DNA of 64,000 bases. It comes from Anolis carolinensis. Lineage: Eukaryota. The translations under genes were made by a program, and so were the position numbers. The notes below the pieces were generated by a model. The model was not told the origin of the DNA. It saw only the letters and a program-made list of their open reading frames with translations, and searched no databases. Positions within the stretch are counted from its first letter, which is position 1, and every line of letters starts with the position of its first letter. Positions 38,501 to 50,500 of this stretch are shown one piece after another. Where the stretch lies: the NCBI RefSeq assembly GCF_035594765.1, contig NC_085846.1, positions 117,601,190 to 117,665,189 of the forward strand, written 5' to 3'.

Positions 38501-41500
38501 AACAGGTTGGAGAGGCAAGGATTTTGCACAGAGGCCTTTGTTTTAAATGCAAGACTGTGTTTCAGCTTGCATTATCCAAATTGCCATTCTTGAAATGCTT
38601 AGCAGATTGCATTATTGAACATTATTCAATTAATCTCCTATTTCTTTGGAGTTATTTAGTTCTCTTATTTGGAATGCTTGATACATGTATGGTGTGCACA
38701 CTTTGACACTGTCTTGTAGTATCAGAAATGACATTATGAGATGGTGCTGGGTTTAGTGTTGTAAAGGAGAGAATACTTCTGGAACATGGCCACACAGCCC
38801 GAAAGACATACAACTACCCTGTTGTAAATTTCTTTGGGTTAGTGTCCAGATCTTTGCCAGTCTGAATTCTTAGATTCATTTTTTATTTTTGCCAGAGTTT
38901 CTCTGTGTCTGGTTCTTTGTGCATATGAATATTTTTCTTCTTCGTGGTGCTTCTGTGGAAATCGCACATATGGGATTTCCTACTGCGCCTGCGCAGCATT
39001 TCGGAACCTTCTGGAAGCTCTAAGTGAAACTTTTCGGCGCGAGCCCCGCCCACTCTCCCCAGTAGAGTATATAAGGCCCTGTGGGCGGGGCTAGGCAGTT
39101 CCTTTTTTCCGCCGTTCAGTCAGCATCTAAGGAACCTCTAGCTCTGTGTGATTTATTGATTGACTTTTTGGACTTGACTCGGACCGGTTTTATCGCTACG
39201 TGACACCTCTCTCAACCCTAACAACTCGGAAAGGACTTGACTTTGGCATTTGGACAACCCTAGGCAGGCTAGTGACGATGGCTTCGTTTTTTAAGAAATG
39301 TGGGGCGTGTGGAGGCAAGCTTCCTGAGGCCGATGGCCATTCGAAATGCCTCCTCTGTCTGGGGGAGAGTCATAATTCCCAAGCCTGCCAAGTATGCCGG
39401 GGGTTTACCCCTCAGGCCAGGAAAAATCGCGAGTCTAGGTTAAAAGCGCTCCTTTACGAGCAGGCCCTGGCCCCAGTAGCTCCGACGGCGGCTGTCGAAG
39501 CTGAGATGACTATTCCCGCAGCTGAGGGGAGGGATTCCCCTTCCACAGTGGGCCCCTCACCGCTGCAAGCGCCTCAAAATGGCGCGGAGGAAGAACCCCC
39601 AATCTCCTCAGGTCTTGGAACTTCTCAAAAAGCGGTTCCCAGGGCGAAAGAGGGCCGTAAGAAGGCAAAAAAGACTAAGCATATAGGAAGCGCTCCTCTG
39701 CAGAGGCCCCGGCCCCAGCTTGCCTCACAAACCCCAGATAACGCTGAAAACTTACCGGATGGGTCCCCCGGATTGCAGGGCCCCCCTCCTTTGACTCCGG
39801 TGGAACCGTTGGCGTCGCGAGCGCTTTCTCCTCCGAGAATTATCCCTGCTCAGCCGGTACCTAGGGTGCCGAGCGTACAGCAGGAGGCGCTGAGGGGGAG
39901 GAGGAGAGAGAGGAGAAGAGACAGGAGATCAAGTTACACTTCCAGCTCACAAAGCTCCTCTCCCTCTCCCAAGAGGCCCAGAGGGGCTCGTTCAAGCCGC
40001 CACCGCCGTCATTCCTCCTCCCTGAGCCCGAGGAACTCAAGATCTCCCCTGCAACGGGGCTCTCCATACCCATACGGGCCAAGCTATTTTCCTCCGGACC
40101 CACGCTTCCCATTTATGTTCTATGGCCATGGCCTTCCTCCTTACCCCCTCCCACCTCCTGGATTCGAGGGATTCTACCCTCTCGATTCCTACGGCCGCCA
40201 GCTAACGCCGGGTTCAGGGGGAAGCCACGCCCATGCAGCCTCACCGCTGGGCGCGCTGATGGAGCCACGCCCACATAGCGAAGCCTTGAATTTGGGGCGG
40301 GCTCCTGAAGGCCCAGACTCCTCCCTCTTGGCAAAGCGCCCAGCCTCAGGCGCAGCGCTGGGAACGGGGCCTCCTTTCGCAGCCAACAGCATTCCAATGG
40401 CGCAAGTGGCTTCCCAGCCGGAGCAAGCGTCTACTTCAAAACTAGCTCACGGAATCGGATCCCTGGATCCCGACCAGGCAGTTCAACTTGGAAATGAGGC
40501 TGGGAAGACTCAAGAAGGCCCAATCTCGGAGGTTGACCCTCATGAGGATGTCGATCCTCCTTCAGCTGAGGACATTAGGAGTTTCACTGCCTTACTGATA
40601 AGACTCTCCAGGGCTCTAAATCTTCCCACTCCAAAGCCCTCCAAAATTGTGGAAGACCCAGTATTTCCTTCTTCAAAGCAACAGGCCCCAGCTACTACAT
40701 CATTACCTTATCTCCCATACTTGGTAGAGTTAGTAAAAAATGAAGGAGTCCCACCAGCCTCATTGCCTGCAACCCCAAGGAGGGCAGAGTTTCTCTATAA
40801 GGTTGATCTCTCCGGAGTCTCATGGCTGGCAAAGCAGCCTAAGCTGAATTCGAGGGTGGTGAACGTGACCCAGCCTAAGGCAGTACAAAGATCCCAACCA
40901 ACCCCCCCAGATAAAGAAGGGAGGAAATTGGATAGTTTCGGGAAGAAATTCTACACCTCAGCCTGCCTGTTCGCCCGCATTGCCCACTATGGGGCTTACA
41001 TGGGGGCATATCAGTCGTACCTCTGGGACAAAATTGCCCCCTACATTGACTTGCTCCCTCACGGGGATCAGGCCCTAGCGAGGGCATTTCGTCAGGAGGC
41101 CGTCCTCTTATCGGATCTCCAAAAGGAGCTGGCAAAGAATACAGCCGATGCGTCCGGCAAACTTCTGGCGGGAGCAATCTCTCTGAGACGCCATGCCTGG
41201 CTGCGGGCAGCTAACCTGTCGCCGTCAGCAAAGTCCGTCATTGAAGATCTCCCTCTAGATGAGGCGGGTTTGTTCAACCCTGAAACTGACGCCGAGATTA
41301 AAGATACTCACGAGGTCACCCAAGCAGCCCACAAATATGGCGTTCAACCATCTTACTACTATTATCAGAGACGTCGTTGGGGGCAATACTACCGCTCCAG
41401 AAGGGCTAGCCCTCCATCCTCTAGAGGAAAGCAAAAGCTTCCTTTTCGTCCCCAGGGACTTAGGAGGTCATCATTCCCCTATAGGTCTCAAGCACGGGGG

Positions 41501-44500
41501 GGAGGCAAGCCAGGTGAGAAGCAAAGACGCCGGTTTTAGCGAGTCCTTTGACTTGCCATCCCCTCCAAGTTCGGACCCCCTTGTTGAAGGTTGGCCTTCT
41601 CATAGTTCTGTTAAAGTTGAGTTTTCTGGTCACTCGTCGACCTCAACGCTGCACCCTTCTGGGGTAGAGGACGGACGTTTCCTATTCAGGAATAGGTTGG
41701 CCCCATACCTAGAGGCATGGAAAGGGATAACATCAGATGCATGGGTTCTAGACATCGTAAAGAATGGCTACGCCATTGAGTTTTTTTCCCACCCCCACAC
41801 CGGAACCCCTCGCCCAACGGCACCTTCTGAATGCCTCCGGGAGGAAGTAGCTACCCTACTAAGGAAAGGGGCGATTTCTAAAACGCCTCGTGGTAGAGTC
41901 AGGAGATGCTTCTTTTCGAGGTACTTTCTAGTCCGCAAAAAAGGTGGCGGTATGCGCCCCATCCTTGACCTAAGGGCCGTCAACCGTCACATTAGGGCCC
42001 GCAGGTTTAGGATGGTGACACTAGCTTCCATCCTCCCCTTTCTCCACAAGGGCATGTGGTTTGCTACGGTTGATTTGCGTGATGCCTATTTCCACGTGGC
42101 GATACGGCACTCGCACCGAAGGTTTTTGAGTTTTATGGTTGGTGACACCTGTTTTTCTTTTAACGTACTTCCTTTCGGCCTCTCCACAGCGCCAAGAGTA
42201 TTTACTAAATGCATGGCCGTGGTAGCTGCGTACCTTAGACAGAATGGCGTTATAGTTTTTCCTTATATAGATGATTGGCTTCTGGTCAGCCACTCTAGGT
42301 CTCACCTTGAATCTGATATTTCATTTACCCTCTCCCTCCTGCAGAGGCTTGGACTTGTAGTAAACGAAGAAAAGTCCCAACTTACTCCGACGCAAAAGAT
42401 CCAGTTTATTGGGGCTACTTTGGACTCTGTGGTCGCGAAGGCCTATCTGCCGGAAGATCGTTTTCGCACCATTCGTGCGGCAGTTACAGGACTCTGCGTA
42501 AAGAAACGCACTACAGCTTGGGGTATCCAGTCCATCCTTGGCCACATGGCCTCTACTACGTCGCTTGTAGACCTAGCGAGGCTCAGGATGCGCCCGCTTC
42601 AGATATGGTTCTTAGGAGCATTCAACCCGCTCCTCGACAGTCAACACATGCGTCTGACCCCTCCGGCCGGCATCGTCAACTCGTTGACATGGTGGACAAG
42701 GAGGCGCAACCTGCTGGCGGGCCTCCCCTTCCAACCATCAGAACCTACTCACGAGCTCACGACAGATGCGTCCCAGTATGGCTGGGGAGCGCACCTCGAT
42801 GGCCTCACCGTCAATGGGAAATGGTCCAATCATCACCGCTCCCTGCACATCAACATTCTCGAACTACTGGCCGTAGAAAAGGCACTCCGCGCATTCGTTC
42901 AGAGTCTCAAAGGAAAGACACTGAGGATAGTAACAGACAACACCACAGTCAAGTACTATATAAACAAACAGGGCGGGACACATTCGAAGGCCCTGTTGGC
43001 CCTCTCCTTGAGAATATGGGACTGGTGCGTGCGCAGACGGATGCGGATCCAAGCTGTCCATCTTCCAGGGAAGGACAATGTGCTAGCGGACGCATTGAGC
43101 AGGTCACCTTCATCCAGCCACGAGTGGCAACTGAACCACAGAGAGTTTCGACTCCTGGCTCGTCGCTGGGGTTGGCCAACGATAGATCTTTTTGCGTCGC
43201 CTCAGAACAGCCACTGCCCCGCCTTCTGCGCTCGCCTACGGCCCCATGCGAGCCCGGGATGCCTGGGGGACGCGTTCCGCTTCTCATGGTCGGGGGACCT
43301 GCTCTACGCGTTCCCACCCCTTCCGTTGGTAGGCAAAGTGGTCACCAAACTGATCGCGGACAACTCAGATTGCATTCTTGTGGCCCCTTGGTGGCCCCGT
43401 CAGACGTGGTTCGCCCCCCTTTGGCAGGCTGCCAGAGGGGAATATCTCCAGCTCAAACCCTCACCAGATCTCTTGACGCTCCACAACGGCAGAGTCAACC
43501 ATCCGGACATAGAGACTCTGCGACTCACAGGGTGGAGGATCAGGCCCCACAAGCCCTCTCTTCCCCAGTGAGGGCGATTCTTCAGGCGGCTCAGAAATCC
43601 TCAACAAAGAAGGCTTATAAGTATAAGTGGGATAGGTTTAGGAAGTTTGTTGAACCCCAGGGACTGGATCCCATCTCGGCCCCTACGCCGGTGATTCTGG
43701 ACTTCCTTGTGCACCTCTCAAAAGAAGGCCTCTCCCTTGCTTCTTTGAAATGTTACGTAGCCGCCTTATCATGGTATAGGAAAGGGCCCTTGGGTCATTC
43801 TTGCTTCCAGGACCCCCTAGTGAAGCTCTTCCTAAAGGGGTTTCAGAACTTGCATCCTCCAGCAACACCACCACCACCTGCTTGGAGCCTGGAGCTGGTG
43901 CTCTCCCAACTTTCAAAGCCTCCTTTCGAGCCATTGGCCTCCTGCGATATCTGCCATCTCTCCTGGAAGGTAGCCTTCCTTGTAGCCATCACATCTGCGA
44001 GGCGGGCCAGTGAACTGTGCGCCCTCAGGGCTGATCCGCCATACTTACGTTTCCACGCCGACAAAGTGGTGTTGAGGACGGACGTCACATTTCTACCTAA
44101 GGTCGTTTCGAGATTCCACATGTGTCAGGACATTTCATTACCAGCCTTTTTTCAGAACCCCTCTTCAGCACTGGAGGTGGCGCTGCACTCCTTGGACGTC
44201 AGGAGGGCACTGGCGTTTTATATTCAAAGGACATCGGAATTTAGAAAGTCACCTCGTCTTTTTCTCAAGTATCGGCCGGATGCACTGGGCACCCCCGTCT
44301 CTTCCCAGCGCTTAGCCTCCTGGATAGTTTCGACGATTCGTCTAGCGTACAGACTTGCGGGCCAAGAACCTCCGCAAAGGGTGACGGCGCATTCCACAAG
44401 AGCCGTAGCGGCATCCCAAGCCTTTCTCAAAGGGATCCCCCTTGAGGATATTTGTAAGGCGGCGACGTGGTCATCATCATTCACCTTCGCCTCACACTAC

Positions 44501-47500
44501 AAACTTGACATCATGGCTAAGAAGGACGCGGCGTTTGGGAGAGCAGTTCTCTTCTCGTGCGTGGCATGACCCGCCACCTCCGGTGAGTAGCTTGTTAATC
44601 TCCCATATGTGCGATTTCCACAGAAGCACCACGAAGAAGAAAATGTAGTTGCTTACCTGTAACTGTGTTTCTTCGAGTGGTGTTCTGTGGAATTCGCACA
44701 ACCCGCCCATCCTCCCCGCTGATTTCATGCCACTGGGCTATAGCTGCTTCCTGGCGGCGGGGAACTGCCTAGCCCCGCCCACAGGGCCTTATATACTCTA
44801 CTGGGGAGAGTGGGCGGGGCTCGCGCCGAAAAGTTTCACTTAGAGCTTCCAGAAGGTTCCGAAATGCTGCGCAGGCGCAGTAGGAAATCCCATATGTGCG
44901 AATTCCACAGAACACCACTCGAAGAAACACAGTTACAGGTAAGCAACTACATTTTCTTCTCGTTCCTCAGGGCCCTGTTGTCTTGGGAGATCTCCAGCAC
45001 GGAGGTGTGATGAAACAGCCAGGTCCATTAGGCTCTGTCAGAAAGAATAAAGTCCTGTCCTCCTCCTCCTCTTGCCTCCCAAAGGTGCCTCCTGGAGACC
45101 GCCAGTGTAACCCGTCTCCTTGCATCCCTTCCTACCTCCTGCAGAATGCAGAGAAACAGGTCAGTGTCTGGAGAAAGCAGGCTCCTCTACACAAATGGGG
45201 GCAGTATTGATCCAGAAAAAACTTAGCAGAGTGTTGCCTCTTGTTCTTAAAACCACATTGCCTTGGACTAGGTCTTGAAAAAAATGTGCACTTGATTACT
45301 GGGTGATTTGAAATTCATTTATTTTATAATTTATAATGGAGATTTCTAGTGCTTAGAATGGTACTGGCTTCTACATATCCTAGGTTCTAAACTCCCCCCC
45401 CCCCCCCCACACACACACACAGACATACACCCAGGCTTAGATAAATGGGAGGGGTAGATCTATTAGCTGCTGAGCGCATGAGTTTGTAAAAAGTCTTGCT
45501 ACATGCTGTGTCAATAAATAGCTGACTTTCATTCTACTTGGCCTGCCTGCTGTTATTTCTTTGGTTAAAAAAAATAAAATCTTTGCTTTTATTTTATGTT
45601 AGATAACTGATTTGTAATATAATCTAGTTGGATGGTTCTGTAATACAGCATGTGGAGTGTAAGATACTTGACTGATTCTGCCCTTGGGCTTTTCTGATAT
45701 ATATAATTTGTGTAATTTCATTGTTTAGCCCACCCGAGTTTCCCACTACATGCAGCATTTTATCTATCTACCTCCCTCCCGGGTTTTACAATTTCTACAC
45801 CTTGCACTTTGGCCCACCTCGCCTTTGTTTAAAACTTTGTACTGTTTTTATACTTTCTTTTATTATGCCATTGTTACTATGTTTTGTTTTACTTTGTTAT
45901 TGTATAAGTATTTTATTGGATGTTGTCCTGTGTCTTGTATGTATTTTATGTTGTTTTATTGCAATTGTTTGGGCTTGGCCCCGTGTTAGCTGCCCTGAGT
46001 CCCTTTGGGGAGATGGAGGCAGGATACAAAAATAAAGTTGTTGTTCTTGTTGTTATTATTATTATTATTATTATTGCCAGAAACATGATATAGATCTCTC
46101 TTAAGACAAGCAATTGACAGAATTCAAGCTTGCAGGGCTTCTCTTGTAGACCAGGTGCATTCTGGTAGCACAAATACACATTGTGTTCAAGAATTACGGC
46201 CTCAGTTGTGTGTGCTGAATGCCAGGCCTTTACAGAACCCACACTCGTTATTCACTCTAGTTCAGCTTAGGCTTCCTTCATTCCAGCAGTACTGCTTACA
46301 GATTTGCTTCCCTCATGTCAGTCTATCATAAAAGGACTGGAGAGCTCCCAGTAGATTCTGAATTATCTTTTTTCTCTGATTATTAGTTGTCTTCTGTCAT
46401 AAATGAGGTCTGGATAAACTAACTTATTTCCCCCTTTGAATTCTTTCCTCTTTGTTAATTCTACCATTCAAAGCTTCCTTCTCAGTCCTTTTTGTAATAA
46501 TCTCATCATTCTTAACACTGTGTCATTGAGTGAACCGAGGTTGAAACGTAGGAAGTGTCTGAAGTCATTTGAATTTTGGGGCTAAACCGGGATTTTTAAA
46601 TCAAAGTGAAAAACTACCTTCAAACCTTCCACTGCCCCTCCATACCGACTTTCTAGAGCGAGGTGAATCTTTCTCATTTCTTTACATGGGGTTCTTAATC
46701 CTTTGCTTCATTTCTTCTGAGTTGTCTCTTGTTCATCCCTAATTTTCCCATGCACTCACTTTATTTCTCTTGTACTACCAGAGATTGTGCCTGGTGGCTG
46801 CCCAGGTCATGGTGATGTGTGAACTAGCAGCTGAGAATGTTGTCTTAATGTTTTTTCCTACCTATCCACTCACAAGTTCACAGTTCTTTCAGAAAACCTC
46901 TCTCCCAATCATCCTCCTACAATTTGCACAGAGAAATCAGCACTTTTTGTGCTTGATGGCACCTTTTTATTTTTAAATAATAAATGAATGTGGTTGTTAT
47001 ATTGGAAGTCTTCCTTAGCTTGAGGAAAGTGGCTTTTATTTGTTGTTTGAGGTGATAGGTCTAATAGGGCAAGTGCTAATTCCTTTTTGTAGGTCATGGC
47101 TAAACTTATTAGTCCTGGTATTTGAACAGCTGGGAATGAGGCACTTGCTCTTGATCAGAGCGAGGAGCTGTAGGAGGCTAGAAAGACTGCATTAGCCCCA
47201 GGGAGGCCTTGTAGGGCTGCAGCCCCACACCATCCTATGCAGAAGAAGTCTGTTTTTTTTTTACCACAATTTGTTCTCCAGATAACCTTTTTGGTCCAGA
47301 AGAGTTTTGTCTTTTTTTACAACAGGGCTGTATTGGTTATTATCTTCTCAACTTGAAAAGTCCCAGTTAAGGGCAACATGTGATAAAAATGTTCCCCACA
47401 CTTTGTGGAGGATATTTTGGGTGCAAAAAAATTAAATACTTTTTGACTCCATGGAGATGCATGTGTCCTACGGCTATGGCTAAGCCTTGCTCGCATCACC

Positions 47501-50500
47501 ATGACCTGGGCAGCTATCAGACACAATATCTGGAAATACAAGAGAAGTGAAGAGAGTGCATGGGGAAAATTGCTCTGGAGAACTTTCTGTACTGAAGTTT
47601 ATACAGCACTTGACTACATTTCAGAGAAAATTATCCTGCGATCTTAACTTCAATCCTTGTGGACCTGTGTAACGAACGTTAGGCTTTAATATATTCAGCC
47701 TGTCATTTGAGGGTCTTTTGCATTTTGAACTTCAGTCTCTGAATTATCCTTTTTTTGTCCAATTGAACATACTGCATTTACAGTTTAAATCAGAGATAGG
47801 TTTCCTACTGCCTTTCAGATTTTATTTCAGTGGAAAATCCTGAGAACCATAGCTGATAGTGAAGAATGCTGGTAGCTGCAGTCTGACTGCCTCTGAAAGG
47901 CTATGTGATTCCTATTTGGATGTATCCAGCTTCTACTCAAGCTTTTATGTACAGTTTTTAAATTGCTGTGGGTCCTGATGTTGCAGTTTCGGCTTATTGT
48001 TTTGTGAAAGAGGATAGAGTACAATTTCCCAGGTGATGCCATAAAAGTGGCCTGTGTTCCCTTGGAGGCATGATGCTCTGGCTTCTGGACTATCTCCAGA
48101 TTTTTTTCTCTGACCCCTGGTCTATTCAGGAATGTCTACATGGTTATAACCCAGTCCTGTGCATATCTGTTTTGAAGAAAGCCCCCTTGGCTCATTCGAG
48201 TCAACTTTTGCTTCCTTCTCTCAAAAAACAGCTTTTGAACCGTCCCTGGTTGCCTTATTCAGGGCTGGACCATGCATGGGTGCATCAAAAGCCTAAAGGC
48301 AGAGAAACATGTGGTACTGAATTTACAGTTTTTTGGTATAATACATGCTGAGGTCTATGGATTTTCCCTCCTTCCATCTGTGAATGTTCAAACATCTTCC
48401 CTACAAGGAGACCTACTTTCTTCAATGTCACTAAAGGCTCAGCTTCCTTTGCCATCTTCAAGTATAAAGATAAAAAATCTCATCTTAAGACTCTGTTGAC
48501 AATGGTGTTTTATAGATGAATTGCCTGGCAGCCTTTGTTTTCGTGTTTATAGTTCAATGTGGCAGAAATAGTTGGTGTGTGTGTTTTGGGAATTGCTTTG
48601 CCACATCTTGAGTGGCTGTTAAAATGCTATATGCTTTGTGTTACCTTTGTCATGCAATAGAATGTCAGAATACCATTGTTAGGGTCAGTTTCTTAATCCA
48701 GGGGCATTGTGGTCATTATGAAGAGGAAGAAATTGCTGAGTACACTATTTTCTTTCGTAGACACATCCAATTGTATCTTAATTTGGGTTTCTTTGGTGTG
48801 ATCACAGATCTTTTGAGAGAAAATGAATGGAAAAGGCCAGGAGATGGCTCTGGATTATCCCTGCTGAGATGGCAAGCTCCTTGGCGCTTTGTTAATTTGC
48901 TGTTTGTGTGTTCTTTCCTTCTTCCTGTCTGCTTCCAGTCTGCCAAGCAAGTTTTCTGATTCCTTTTGTCACAGGCCTTCCTTGAGTCTGAGATTGTGTT
49001 TTTCTCTTTCAGAATTCTCGCCTTGCGCAGTCTTTCAGAAACCTTGTGTGTCAAAACCCCACCTGTGCCCCCATCAATGGGTCTCCAGAGCCCCCCAAAG
49101 CCTGCACGTCACCCCATCAAGTCAACGGAATCAGTAACTGGTTAGTCCTCCTTTTCTTACAGGTTGATAATTGTGATGTTTGGGAATTTGTCTTGCTGGG
49201 TCAATGTTAATGTCCTATATTGGATTTAATGGAAAGAGACAACAATGTAAAGGGGGTTCTTTTGGGGGAAGATCTCTCCAATTTGTGTTACTGTAATTGT
49301 ACATATTTTCAGGCTGAAGTTATGATCCATAGTTTTGTGAAGCTTCTTGTGAGAAATGGGATACATTTAGATTGTTAGTAGAGGGGTTGTAACCTAACCT
49401 TGGTCACAATTCATATTTGTTTGCGTGGAAAACAAGCACATTCTATGTTTCTTAGGTACAATTCTGGAGTTAAAATGTGAGATAACCTCAGTTTGAAGGT
49501 CACTCACATTCTGGAGGGACAAGGATAGGGGATACAAATGTTTACTGAAAACATATATTTAAAGGAAATATTGGCTGAGTTTAGCATTTGTGTCCAACAC
49601 AATGGGATAACTTTTAATTCTGCTCAGACTCTAAATCTAGTCTGGTGGGATTGGCAAGTGCTGACACAGCTGTATAATTTTTAGGGTTTGTCAGTTTTAC
49701 TGCTTTGTAACAGATGTAGAAGATACTCTTTCTCTTGGACTTTGAGGAAGGCACTTGACTGTAAGAAGTGTACATTATTAGGTACAGGCTGAACTGTATG
49801 AAAACTTGGCTTCAATCAGAATTTCTTTTTTTCTGAATTACCTTCTGATCCCCATCTTCTCTTCTGCAGAAATAGCAGCAAGAAATGTGGCTGTTCTCAA
49901 TAAATCCTCATGAGAGCCATTTCAATGCAAGGTCCAGAGTTTACATGCAAAGGATAGCTTGTTTTGGCTCTTTGTGAAAGGGAACCTTGCTGTTCTTAAA
50001 AATAATAACTTTTTATCAGTGGAAGGATGGTGATTATCTGTTTTTGTGCTGGACGTGGTTCAAAGTTCAGACTTCTTGCCTGTTGGGCATATAAAGAATA
50101 CATTACATTTCATTACTGTTTCTGCAGCTTTGTTAGACATTTCTTTTTTACATTGTTCAAGTTACGGATCCTTGAATGCTTTATAGAAATGCTTGTCCCT
50201 TGCTTCTTGTTTTTCTGCTTGTACATTTCTGAAGATTTGAGGATTGTAAAGGAGCATTCTTGTGCTGATGTGACAGTGGCTATTGCAAACACATTTCATG
50301 TACTGTAGATCTGAAGTACGACAAGGGGGGGAAGCTAAGAAAATTCCTTTTCTACTGTGTCAGCACTGATTTTTAATGTGTGTATAGAACTTAGGAACCT
50401 TTAATACAGTGTGTTTTTTAAAACTGTGCAGGTGGGATTCCTCCTGTGTGGCTGGTATGTGTGGGAAGTAAAGGATGCTTTGTGGTCTGATCCACTTTTC

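Larger units (their letters stand above)
38933..44960 (+). mobile_element. Full-length DIRS1-type tyrosine recombinase retrotransposon
   Basis: Inverted terminal repeats, internal complementary region, three intact overlapping ORFs (gag, RT-RH-MT, YR), TTTTCTTCT shared at both junctions. Confidence 0.96.

Noticed and set aside
42518-44569. Phage integrase / bacterial contamination or prophage
   Set aside because: The recombinase overlaps an RT-RNaseH ORF and is bounded by ITR/ICR structures, which defines a eukaryotic DIRS element embedded in a spliced gene.
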